Part shown: positions 11,463 through 23,599 of the stretch, one piece after another
Position numbering within the stretch: the stretch's first letter is position 1
Layout: each line of letters starts with the position of its first letter
NCBI RefSeq assembly: GCF_006345805.1
Contig: NC_043006.1
Location: forward strand, 64,170,001-64,234,000
Direction of reading: 5' to 3'
Source: Octopus sinensis
Taxonomy: Eukaryota
Length of the DNA: 64,000 nucleotides
Program-made: the position numbers and the translations under genes
Notes under the pieces: generated by a model
What the model saw: the letters and a program-made list of their open reading frames with translations, nothing else
What the model was told of the DNA's origin: nothing
Databases searched by the model: none

Positions 11463-13388
11463 CGTTTCGTTTTCCGACTTGAGATCACTTATATGTCTGT
11501 CCTTCTGTGCAAGCAAGTCCTGCTGGTGGTGAATGAAGTCTATATGGAGAAGCAGGAGTTCTTTGAGATTTTTGTCCTCGGTTGCCGTTACTTCGGCAAA
11601 CTGGCATGTTGATGGCCTGATGTTGTGTTGTTGTTGTTGAGAGTGGTGATGATGGTAGTGGTTGTTGTTGTGATGATGGTGATTGTGATGGTGGTGGTGG
11701 TGATGCGGGTGGTGATGACGATGGTGCGGATGAAGTTGCGAGTTGTGTTGTTGTTGCGGTTGTGAGTTGATGTCAGACGACGACGACAGAGGCACGAGTG
11801 CCGCCGACAAGGGCAGTGTGCCGCCACTGCCACTGCTGCAGGTAGTAGAAGTGGTAATCGTCGTGGTCGTTGTCGTCGACCCGGCCAATACCGATGGCGA
11901 GGTGGTAGTAGTAGTAGTGTTGCTGTGGTTAGTAACGGTAGTAGTAGTAGTAGTCTTGTTGTCGTAATAGTAGCTGTTTGTGGCGTTAGTGTCGAAGTCT
12001 GTTATAGGTGTTAGTAAAGGTGCGTGTAAGCCACTGGTGGTGGTGACATTATTCAATGCTGCTATATAATTACTGTTGTTGTTTGTTAGACAATTTTTAC
12101 TATTATTTGTAGTAGCTGTGAAAGCGCAGACACTGTTGTTATTGTTACTGGTGTTGGTAGTTACCATGGCAGAGTGATGGATGTTACTAGCATTAGTTGT
12201 ACTGTTGTTGCTATTATTATTAGTATTATTATTATCACCCCCACTAATACCAGCACTACAGTCACTACTACTGCTAGCAGAGAGATAACAACAGCAACAA
12301 CAGCAGCTACTGTTGATGTTATTCTTATTAATGATACCGTTGTTATGTTTGTTAGTGTTGTTGTAATGATAGTGTTGGTGCGGGTTCGAGTAAAAGTCTT
12401 GTATCTGTTGGCAGTGGTTGTTGTCAAAAGAGGAAGTAATGACGGCGGCGGCGGGGCTGCTGTTGGTTGTAACGGCGGTGGAACAGGAGGAGGCGGTAAT
12501 AGTAGTAGTCGTAGTATTAGTAGTAATAACAGTAGAGACGACGAAGATGGCGGCGGCGGCGGCGGCGGGGGTTTCCACCGCCGCTGCTATCGCGCCACTG
12601 TTTCCGAACAAAGTGGTGCTATGAGAGGAAGAGATCCTGGCTCTCGGATCACCCGATGACAGCGAATTACTGTCCTCGTCCAGACTGAATAATGACGATC
12701 CGTTTGCGTAATAAAGACCGCTGTTATTCGTCTTCTCGTTAAGATCGTTATTATTGCCGCTTTTAACATTTGTGTTATTGTAATTATTACAACTACTACT
12801 ACTATTACTGCTGCTGTTGTGATTGCTGCCACTTGCTCTGATGCCGTCTTCCCTGTCGACCATCGTTAGTACCGTACTAGTCCCAAACGTGACGAGCGTG
12901 TTGTTGTTGTTGACGCTGCTGTTATCTCTCGGCGGTATTTCACACCCAGCCGCAACAGTCAGCCCTAGACTGGTGTTATCATTGCCATCCGCGCGCCGTC
13001 CATTTTTCGGGTGATCCGGTAGAAGCAAGGTCAAATCCGCGTTAAAGCCACCAGAAGCACCGTCCAAGTCGCCATTCTCTACAGACGAAAGTAATTGCGA
13101 CATACTGGTGTTGTTATTACAACTACTACTACCGCCACCAACACTACTACTACTACTACTACTATAGCTAATATTAGTATCACTGGTAGCGTTATTGTTG
13201 ATGCTACTACTACTAACACTAGTGTTTTTACTGGTGCTGTTGTTGTTAGTGGTAATAGTAGTAGTAGTGGTGGTGGTGTTGTTACGGCCTGGAGTGACCA
13301 GGCCTTGTTGTCTCCCATCGGTCGTTGTCGTCATGCACTGACCACGGTTGCCGACCAACAGGTCAGACCTTATGCTATTGCCAGTCAT
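11463..13388 (-). CDS. MSL1: MSL1 (male-specific lethal 1 homolog), first coding exon: long low-complexity N-terminus plus MSL2-binding coiled coil
   Basis: The ORF 11451..13751 ends in KNLKELLLLHIDFIHHQQDLLAQKDRHISDLKSENET, which I recognise as matching the MSL1 dimerisation coiled coil (human LKQILLLQLDLIEQQQQQLQAKEKEIEELKSERDT). A phase-0 donor ACG|GTAGGT sits at 11463/11462, exactly where homology should continue. First in-frame ATG is at 13388; 1926 nt = 642 codons with no stop. Confidence 0.8.
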
Positions 13389-14050
13389 CGGACATCGTGT
13401 TTTTTTAGAAGAGTTACTCCGCCTTGAGGACGTCGTGGTTGTGGTTGTTGTAATGTATAAAATATGTGTGTATGCGTGTCTGATTATGTGTATATAAATA
13501 TGTGTGAGCGTGCGTGCGTGCTTGTATGTATTAAATCCAGGTAGTAAATAATACAGTAGCCAACCGTTTTTTGGTTTCGTTTCGCTGTTCGTAGGACGAA
13601 CGAGCAAGGCGAATTTGATAAAAGAAGTAATAAAGTGACCCAGAGGGTAACACAAACCGTACAATCGCCAGTCGACAATGTCCGTCTCTCTGTCTGATTC
13701 TCTGTATGTTCTCTTAAGAGGATGGTGATACACAAGATGACGAAGCAGCAAACAAACGTACGTAAACTACGAACCTTTAAGTTGGAGAGCGAGAAGACAG
13801 CGGCGGTGCTGAGTATTTTTTTCCTAACCTTCAAACATTAGAGAGCGCTACTTCTCTCATTCACTCACTCACACACACTCATTTACATACGCGCGCGCAC
13901 TCACACACACACACACAGACAGGCAAGAACGGATACACACACAGACGTATATTTACACCCTACAGCACACAGGCGTATTTACGAGAACACGTTCGCGCGT
14001 GCGCAAACACACATTCGTTCATATACAGAAAGGGTTATCTAAGCACACAA
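13389..14050 (-). promoter_or_regulatory. Probable MSL1 5'UTR/promoter region
   Basis: Locally CpG-rich, non-repeat sequence upstream of the ATG, with no convincing splice acceptor before 13388 and (CG)n/(CA)n tracts near 13888-13920. TSS cannot be placed. Confidence 0.4.
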
Positions 14051-14129
14051 ACAAGAGCGTAGGTTTTGTATGTACATACACACAAGGAAAATACAAAACA
14101 CGAGGGAACGTAGCACTAGCATTTCTTCA

Positions 14130-14204
14130 ATATATATATATATATATGTGCATATGTATATATACACACACACATATATATATGTATATATACATATATA
14201 TACA

Positions 14205-14260
<56 letters not shown>

Positions 14261-14848
14261 GACGCGCGCGTAACTTTATTATACATACATGTGTGTATTT
14301 TCATGGAACTCGTTCCTTAAGTCACTTACGTAATATTACAGGCGTATATATATATATATATACGAATGTATGTATGTATATGTATATATATATGTATATG
14401 TATAATGTATGTATGTATGTATATATATATATATATAATATAATATATATATATATATATTATATATATATATATATATGAATGTATGTATATGTATAAA
14501 TGTATATATATATATATATATAGATATATATATATATACGCCTGTAATATATATATATATATTATATATATATAATATATATATATATATATACGCACGC
14601 GCACATACATTCATACAGTCAGCCTCAAGTCAATAACATTATAAATATAGATATATATGTATGTGTGTATGTATATGTATAAATGTATGTATGTATGTAT
14701 ATATATACATACATATATATATATATATACGCATGTATGTATGTATGTATAAATGTATCTGTGTATATATATGTATGTATGTATATATATATTTATACAT
14801 ATATATATGATGTATGTATATGTATATATATATATATATACGCCTGTA

Positions 14849-14910
<62 letters not shown>

Positions 14911-15006
14911 GCACGCGCACATACATTCATACAGTCAGCCCTCAAGTCAATAACATTATAAATATAGATATATATGTATGTGTGTATGTATATGTATAAA
15001 TGTATG

Positions 15007-15047
<41 letters not shown>

Positions 15048-15135
15048 TGTATGTATGTATATGTATAAATGTATGTGTGTATATATATATATATGTATAT
15101 GTATAAATGTATGTGTATATATATATATATGTATG

Positions 15136-15173
<38 letters not shown>

Positions 15174-15274
15174 TATATGAATGTATGTATGTATATGTAT
15201 AAATGTATGTGTATATATATATATCTATATATGTATGTATATACATATATATATATGTATATATATATGTATGT

Positions 15275-15340
<66 letters not shown>

Positions 15341-15405
15341 TATATATATATTATATATTATATATATAATATATATATATATATAGATATATATATATAT
15401 ATAGC
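14130..15405. repeat. Compound (TA)n/(TATG)n array containing a ~316-bp direct duplication and an inverted 12-mer
   Basis: Unique spacer ACGCACGCGCACATACATTCATACAGTCAGCC(C)TCAAGTCAATAAC at 14593 and 14909; ATATTACAGGCG (14333) is inverted relative to CGCCTGTAATAT (14539, 14841). Confidence 0.9.
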
Positions 15406-18023
15406 CGCTATTGATCAAACGGTGCTCGGAAGTGAAGAAGCGTTACTAGTTCCGTTTATTAATAAACTAACAGTGCGTATGTTCTATTCCAATCGGCAGT
15501 AGAAGAGAAAATCGAAAACAAAATATACAGCAACAGAACAAAAATAATAAAACACAATTTAAAGGGTATTTTAAAAACTATTTGTCTCCTGTTCCTCGTA
15601 GAAATCTGCAGACAATGGGAACTCGTAGAGATAATTGTGATTGCTCGTTGTTGTTGTTGCTGTTATTGTTGTTTAGCCCCTGGTCAGTAGTGGTTCAGGA
15701 GGCCTATGAGTTAAGATGTTACAGACATAACTACCTCGTCTAGGTATTTTGGATCTTGTTAAATTTCTTCCAGCAACTTGAAGTATTTTAAATTTTCACC
15801 AGATTTTTTTTTTTCTTTTTTTCAAATTTTCTACAGATATAAACTTCTTCCTTATTAATTTCAAGAAAAAAAATTAATGCGGTCGTCGTTATCAATATGC
15901 AAAACTACATTTAGTAGAAATTTGAAATACTTCAAGTGGTTGGAAGAAATTTTACAAGATCCGGGTTTCTTTTTTTTTAAGTATAAAGTATCGAAGACTA
16001 CGTTGTTTCACATGTTTTTCTTCTTTTTTTTAAGAGTATAGGACTCTGGGTGATTTAAGAAAGATTTGGCTATTATTTCTAGCTGGTCGAGACTTCGTTG
16101 TTTATTTTTGTAGTTTATATTAAGAGGTTCCATGAAGACATTTTCGAAGTCGAGACAAAACAAAGATGATTTAGATTTCTCAGTGGGAAACTTACGTTAG
16201 TTGAAGGGTTTTTTTTATTTTAGGAGAAAGAATGGGGGAGGTATTTATTGTTCCTTTTATTGTTTTGGGAAGTGGACACGTTGAAAACTGAAGAAGACAT
16301 TGTTGTTTATTTATGCCCAGCTCAGCCCTAATCGAGTAAATTTAACTAATCAAAATCATAATTACTACCAGTAAACATCTCATCTGTTTTTTTTTTTTTT
16401 TTTCATGTTAAAGCATACTTATATCTCAGGATATATTGTCCAATGTTTCTTTCCTCTCCACTAGCACCACCACTACCACTACTTTTTGTTAGAGGGAGTA
16501 CGGCGTGGTATGAGATCTAGCAGGTAGAGCTTGTGTTATTCCAGTTGTGGATTTGTTCTAAGTAAAAGACATACCAGCCGTGACCGTCCTGAGTCTTTCT
16601 GAAGCACAGGGCACAGTGTACCTACCCGTCATCACATAATTCGATATGACCATTTCGTAGATGTTAAGTGTAATTTGAGATATATGGCTGTTATTTCTAG
16701 CAGATCAATCGACTGCGTACAGCCCTGTCGCACACTCGATAGTTTTGTTTTAAATGGGGAGGCGGAGGTTATTGTTATGCGTATTGTTTGTTTTTTTTAT
16801 TTCTTCTTTTTCTGTTTTTGTTATTAAGTGAAATAAGTGTACGTTTTCGCCAGTTCGTAGTTTTACTGACATTTAGAGAAAATAAAGGAAGTGTGTGTGT
16901 GTGTGCGTGTGTGTGTGCGTGCGCGCGTGCAAGAGATAATGTGGAAGAAAGTAAAGGGGGAAAGAGACAGAGAGGGTGAGTTTAAAGAGTGGCAAGAATA
17001 AGGGGTGTAAATCGAGAACGAGCGTTAAGATTAATATACAATACATTACACACATGCGCACATACATACACGCACACACACATACAGGCTGCATGAAACT
17101 GCGTGCGTGCGTGTGTATGTATGTATGTATGCGTGTGTGTGTGCGTGCGTGTGTGCGTGCGTGTGTGCGTATGTTGTTGTGAGAATGAAGAAGCGAAGAA
17201 TATGATTAGGAGTAAAAATAGTGTGTAAAGGAAGTATATATGAAGTGATGTGTATAATAGAGGGGGGAAATGTGAAGAGTATGAAATAGGAAGTATATAA
17301 TAACACAGAAGGGGAGAGTATAAAAACAGAGTATACGTAAATACGGAGGAAGAGATGAGTGCATGTACAGAGAGGGGCAAAAAGAAAGAGGAATACGATT
17401 ATACTAAGATATATTCTATATAGAGAGGGTCAGAAAGACGTGGAGATTAATACAGCGAGTAGGAGATGAAGAATAAAGTGAGTAAGGTGTTATAAATATA
17501 AGAGACGGAATCGAGTATTTAAGAGTTAGGTTTTGAGTTGTCCTTTGTAATTCCATTCACATCTAGGATGTATTTAAATTGATTAGTTCTCTTTTTTTCA
17601 TCGACACCGGAAGGATGAAAGGCAAAAGTTAACCTCAATCGGATTTGCACTCTGATTATAAAAAGTCGTAATAATGTGGGTGACTTGTAACGAAAAATTG
17701 ATAAGTTAAAGGAAAGAGTAAAGAAAGATAAGCACAGTGTAAGATGAGCAGCTAGGGAGATCAATTGTAAAGAGAGACTTGAGTATTGTATCGATAGGAG
17801 AGACCAGCAGGAATAGTAATGTGTACAGATGAAATTAGGGAGAAGGAAAGGAGAGATAAGCAGGGAGAAATGAGTATAAAATGGAAAAGAGTGGAGAGGG
17901 ATAACAGAGGTAAGGGAAGAGGGATGGGACAAGGGAGGCCAGCTGTCCTGAGGACAAATTACATAAACAAAAAAGATGGAGTAGCTACGAGTTCTCCCTT
18001 AAGGCGCAAGTTCGCGTTATTCT

Positions 18024-18260
18024 GTGGTCATAATAGAAAGAAAAGTGGTACTAAGAAATAAACATACAAAATGCACAAATTATATGAACGAGGTATTCGT
18101 CTTCATGGACATACCGGAAGACGTCGAAAAATTAAAGGAACATCTAGAAAACCACTTCCTGCTAAAATCCAATATTCAAGACAGTATAGATAAAACTCCC
18201 AATGACTCCATTCAATAACTCAACTTTTTAATTTAAACATTTTGATTGAATTTAACAAAC
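18024..18260 (+). mobile_element. Degenerate reverse-transcriptase-like fragment (possibly Penelope)
   Basis: YMNEVFVFMDIPEDVEKLKEHLENHFLLKS...NDSIQ*LNFL loosely parallels YVDDIF...FL.HLN...IKFT.E.E.N..I.FLD. Confidence 0.3.
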
Positions 18261-18779
18261 ATCATGACACAAATAAATGCGTTCATATGCACGGAGACAG
18301 CGAATGCTCACAGATACAAAATAACAGCGGTAACATTGCATTAGATTTTTAAAATCCAGAATAAAATGAACACTATTCAATAACGGGTGCTTCTAACTAT
18401 TAAGTTGACCAAGTTGTAGAATAATATACAACACAAATACAGCACAATAAATAAGTAAACACTACATCCGTAATCAGACAAAAACCACACGAATGAAATG
18501 CATACCAACGATTAGACATACGATTGGACACCGCGAAATGCATTACTCGAAGCACAATGCAAAATGCATTACACGGAAACATAAATTAACACTAATTTCA
18601 CACAGAGCACCTTCGTTAAAATGTATTTCGTTAAGCTGGATATCGGATAAACCGAAGAGAACTGTTGACTTCTGTCGCCATCTTTGAGTATTAATGCTGT
18701 GTTGCATTGCAATTTTCATTAATATTTCAGTGATCAGCTAACTTTCAACCTTACATTTTATATCATGGCTTGAAGGGAA

Positions 18780-19320
18780 AATAATAATCCAAAGAAACTT
18801 GTCCCTCAATGAACTGCAAACTGATGTTTTTGTAGTAAGAGATTGTGAAAAATATAATCTTCTTGTATAAGCGAAATTATGGAAAAACTCACTACATATT
18901 CTTAGAAATATAATGTTGATGAAAGGTACTATAAGAATTGTAAAAAATACAAATCTCGAAGAGGCAGTGATGAAGTCACTTATCTATCAACGATCATATG
19001 GTGATAACATGTGGAAATTCAAGATTCTGTATGTAGCTAGACATATGGACATCAAGAATTTCCAAACTAGAGACAGGTGGTTATGGCGATTTAGAAATCA
19101 CCATGGAATTGATAATAAAATAATCTTTAGTGAAGGGATCTTAATTTCTCAAGAGTAAAATGCAGATGAAACCGTGTTGTAATGGCAGTTCTTACTATCC
19201 TAAGATTTTCAGAATGAAAAGGAACGTTTTTCGGCTTTGGGTTGCGCAAAGACAGGTGCTCTGTAAGTTAGTGATAGCAGGGCGACGAGTACGACTTTGA
19301 GTTTTCAAAAACCAGTAACT
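18780..19320 (+). mobile_element. Tigger/pogo transposase remnant (CENP-B HTH)
   Basis: ORF 18913..19158 contains ARHMDIKNFQTRDRWLWRFRNHHGI, resembling the A..LG..F.AS.GWL.RF+.RHGI motif. Confidence 0.6.
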
Positions 19321-19884
19321 AGTGAATTATGAACTTTCCAAGAAATAGTGACTCAATTTGCATGCCTACGTTTTCTTGCATATTCTTGCGATAAGTAAAT
19401 ACCTGGAAGATGTCTTCAGACTGTCTACTAATGAAGTTAAGGCGCAACAAATCTTGAACAAGGCACCTGCTCCCCAAGGTGGCATCCAAACAGATAATAA
19501 CAATGGTATAATATGTTGTGTGAGCTTGGCCACCCAGTGTTACCCTCTGATCTGGACATGGTACAAAAACATTATAATAGCCAGCGAGAGATTACGCGAA
19601 CAAAGACATTTTCTCGTGGTTATAGAAAAAGATTTTAGTGAAGACACACAAGGGATAAGAGATACTAATAACACCAAGAACTAAAGCTGAAATCAGCAAT
19701 ATTCAGTTAGTGGTTTCATATGAGGCACTGGACATTGCCACTTTGGCAGAGCTTGAGCATAACTTCTGTAAGATGTAAAGGCAGTAGCGTAGCTGGAGTA
19801 GGATAGCGGCGATGGCGGTTCACCCGGGGCAACACTTTTATAGCGGCAGTACTTTTCGGTCTGCAGTCGTATAAGCCTATATAT

Positions 19885-20150
19885 CAGTGGTTCTCAAAGT
19901 GGGCGGTATTGCCCCCTTAGGGGTACTGGAAAGTTGAAGGAAAAAGGGCGACAATGAGGTAGCAATTCATGTAAAATGTGGGGCAATAACGGGGTAATGA
20001 TTCATATAAAAACAACAAAATAATGGGTTTATTAGGTTAACTTTTATTTGCTAACTACAGTTGCTTTGAATTTGCTCCAGAAAGAGTTCTACGTTTGTGA
20101 TGGTTATTTGGAGTGGGGGCGCTAGGGCTCCAAGCAATCCGTAGTAAAGG
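19885..20150. mobile_element. Charlie-type hAT MITE fragment
   Basis: Begins with CAGTGGTTCTCAAAGTGGG; the right TIR was not found. Confidence 0.45.
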
Positions 20151-20389
20151 TTTTAAAAAAAAATTTCAGGGACAATTGTGGTGTATTGAGAGGGAAGGTT
20201 GTGGATTTTTTCGCATATACATGACGGGCTTCTTTCAGTTTCAGTCAGAAAGCTTTTGTAGGCCCGAGGTTATAGTAGAAGATATTCGTCCGGGGCGCCA
20301 CACAATAGGACTGAACGAGGAACCGTGTGGCTGGGAAGCAAACTTCTTACCAAACAGCCACGCTTGCGCCTAAATTCGTGAACAGCCAC

Positions 20390-20760
20390 AGGTACATTGA
20401 CACCCTCAAAAAGCTTAGAGAAGCCATTAAGAAGAAGAGACTGGACAAAAATTTGAAAATGATCTGTATTCACCATGATAATGTGTGACCACACATATCT
20501 TTGGCAACAAGTCAGGCAATCGGCAAACTGAATGGTCAATTGTCCTCCACCTATCGTACAGTCCGAAAACACAAGAGTTCTACGTTTGTCAGTTCTAAAG
20601 CAGTTATCATCACATTTGAAGACGCTAAATGTTATTCTGATTTGTTTTGGTGTCCAGAAGAACACTACCTGATCCGTCTGTCAGAATGTGTGGCACAGGA
20701 CCGCATGCAGCTTGTCGACAGCAACAAACTGCCAAGTTCACCTAGACGCAGCGCTTGTAC
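20390..20760 (+). mobile_element. mariner (DD34D) transposase remnant
   Basis: Translates to TLKKLREAIKKKR...ICIHHDNV*PH...VLHLSYSPK (HHDNARPH / HP.YSPDL motifs) with stops and frameshifts. Confidence 0.75.
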
Positions 20761-21433
20761 CAACATAATTATTTTACAGACCTTCACATGTTGTGAAATT
20801 CACAGAGCATTCACCGATCGAGTGAAGCTGAATGCACTAAAGATAAGAAACCGCACTTCCTACTAGGAGACGTTTAATTGACTTGGACAGCCGTGAAATA
20901 TGAGCGATGAGCTGAAAACACAGAAGTTTACTCGTATATATATTGCCTCATAGCGACACTGAGGAAGTCAGTGAACTGAGTTACCGGACCTTCTTTCGCT
21001 CTCAAATAGAGAGTTCGAATTCAGCTAGATCTCACTACAGAGAGACTGTCTCCTTGTGTAGCTAAGACAGCCATCTGGAAGTGTTCTTTGTTGGTTAACT
21101 CTGCGGCCAAGGACTTGCTGAGTATAGATGAATAGGCGATGAAGGCACACTGACCATTTAACAGATGTGTTCCCCACCCATGCCAGATGTGGTCTTGGAT
21201 CTGTTAACATGCAAGTGAATGTGTCTATACAAAATGCAAAGCTGTATGTGTCTATTAAATGGACTCACATGCACCGACATGTTCACGTAACAGACCAGCA
21301 ATAACCAAAAATTGTAGGATGATGCAGAACCTAAATTTGAATTTGGGGAGTCAGATGACGAGGAAGACAAACAATTGGACGAGTGATAGTCGAATGATTC
21401 TGGACTTAGTTACTTTTGTAAACAAATTCTAAC

Positions 21434-21594
21434 CAATAGCGTAGCTAGATTGTGTGCTACCCAGGGCACTCTTTGAGTTTGCCGCATCCTGCTCCCCCAA
21501 CAGATTTATACTGTTGCCCCCCAAAGTGCCACCCTCATAAAAACACTGATCGAAGCGGACCATCCCCATCGCCCCATCCCTAGCTGCGATACTG
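21434..21594. mobile_element. hAT-like MITE
   Basis: Imperfect TIRs CAATAGCGTAGCTAG / CAGTATCGCAGCTAG (12/15); a related left end CAGTAGCGTAGCTGG occurs near 19785. Confidence 0.5.
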
Positions 21595-21862
21595 CATCTA
21601 AGTACACGCAGAGCTTGATAACAATAATGTAACCTTCACATATTCCCATCACAGACTTTCGGTGCCCCAATATGGCCACTGCCTTTTGGGATGAAACGAA
21701 TGAAAGACTAAAAGAATACAGGTATACCTCACCCTACGTCGTTAATTGGTTCCAGGAGACACGACTTAAGTTGAATTAATTTGTCTCTAGGCTAGGCTGA
21801 ATTTACTTGTCTCTAGGCTAAACCGATAATAACCTTTCCCAGTTCTGTACTTTATTTATGAA

Positions 21863-21936
21863 CTAGCAGAGATACCCGGCGTTGCCCGGTTACATTCACT
21901 AGAAGAATTAGACTTTTCTGTTATATATATATATGG

Positions 21937-21975
<39 letters not shown>

Positions 21976-22990
21976 TATATGTATATTAATATAAATACAT
22001 GAAAGTACATGAAGTTTGTTAAAAAAAAGGGGATCATGTATATACCTCCTGGCTGTTGAGATTATAACACCTCGTTGTAAACAATGTTCCATGTAAGGCA
22101 GGTTTGAAAGTGTTCCCAACAGTTATTATTTGTAGTGGTAGAGTGTTTATGCCGAATATGTACGTATGCATGTATATGTATGTATGCCTGTATATAAGTA
22201 CAAAATCCACTGAGAAGGCTTTTGTTGGTCTGAAGCTACAGCAGAAGACACATGCCAAGTCACCACACAGTGGGACTGAACCCAGGACCATGTGTTTGGA
22301 ACGTAGTTTGTTACCACACAGCCACACCTGCCCCTATGTATGTGTCTGTGTGTGCGTATGTGTGTATGGGTAGATATATTATGCATGTATATATGTGTAT
22401 ATATATGTGTACATATTACATGTACATCTATATATATACATCTACACATAAAATACAAAATACAAAGTTATATCTTGATATCGCTAGTGATAACAATACT
22501 CAAAATATATAACAGACTGGAATTGTAGGCCTGTCTCTTGCAATTTCGATCAATTAGATCTTGTCCTCCCTCTTGTATAGAAGTGTACGGCTGCAGCGAA
22601 ATTCATTTTTGGACTTTCTTCTATCGAAGGCATTTTAACAAAAATGCTTCCGTAAAGACGGTGAAAATATTGTGAATTTCCCCAAACAGGGACACAATTC
22701 AATTTTTAAACAATAACCAAAGCCTCTTCTCCGAAAGGGGGAGGGTTATGGTTTACAATTATTTAACAAATGCAACACAACAGCGTTTCCCTGACGGGGA
22801 ACCAACAAACGTGATTGCAATAGTCAAACAGTAATAATAATAACAACAAACCTTTTTAATTTATCCCCATTTATGTGAAACCACTTATTCAAGTTCAAGT
22901 CATTGATACAATTTTATACGAATTGCTAATACACACACACACACACACACATATAATAAGGGTGAAAAATTGAATATTAATTTGATTAAT
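21863..22990 (-). mobile_element. Helitron-like non-autonomous element (3' end clear, 5' end uncertain) containing a SINE C fragment
   Basis: Minus-strand 3' end CCGGGCAACGCCGGG-N-CTAG|T at 21863; SINE C piece at ~22200-22335. Confidence 0.45.
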
Positions 22991-23599
22991 ATGAATTGAA
23001 AACCAGTGGTGTAGCATATAAGACCATAGCGGATCTTCCTCTAGCAAAAAGGATGACCAGTATTAATGGCTCATCCCTGTTATATAATACTTTCTCTTTA
23101 ATAGTTTCACACTTGCAAAGAGAAAGTAGGAGAAAGTGTGGTGGTAATAGCAGTAGTAAACCACTTGAAATGAGAGAGGCAAATCGTAAAATATTGAGTT
23201 TTCTCGAATTTTTGCTTAATTGGGGGTCAAATTGAAATAAACTTTATATGCCATGACCCAATCGAATCTACTTCGAAAAATCATAGGTAAATTCCAATTG
23301 AAGAAATTCTATATTGTAGAATTGTATTAAAAAGGAACATGGTAACAGGCAGAGAAAATCTGCCGTTTATCATAAGATAAGAGATACATATTCAATAATA
23401 CTTGGTTAATAAAAACCTATTTTAAGCTTACAAACAAATAATTTAAATTTTTAATACAGTACAGTAAAAAAAAAAAGTAATCTAAATTTACGAATACCAT
23501 TTGGCGGTGTTTACCGTATATCGTAGACGCTTTATTTAGGAATGCGGTTTGCAATAAGACATGGTAAAATAAATGCCTTTTTTATGCTTAAAAAGCAAA

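Noticed and set aside
13389-13751. N-terminal extension of the 766-aa ORF from the TTG at 13751
   Set aside because: Non-ATG start in a eukaryote and UTR-like sequence with (CA)/(TA) repeats; the first ATG is at 13388.
11588-13834. Overlapping and antisense ORFs within the MSL1 exon
   Set aside because: By-products of stop-poor trinucleotide repeats; no recognisable domains.
10400-15418. Numerous YIYI/HTHT/CVCV ORFs here and elsewhere
   Set aside because: Translations of (TA)n and (CA)n microsatellites.
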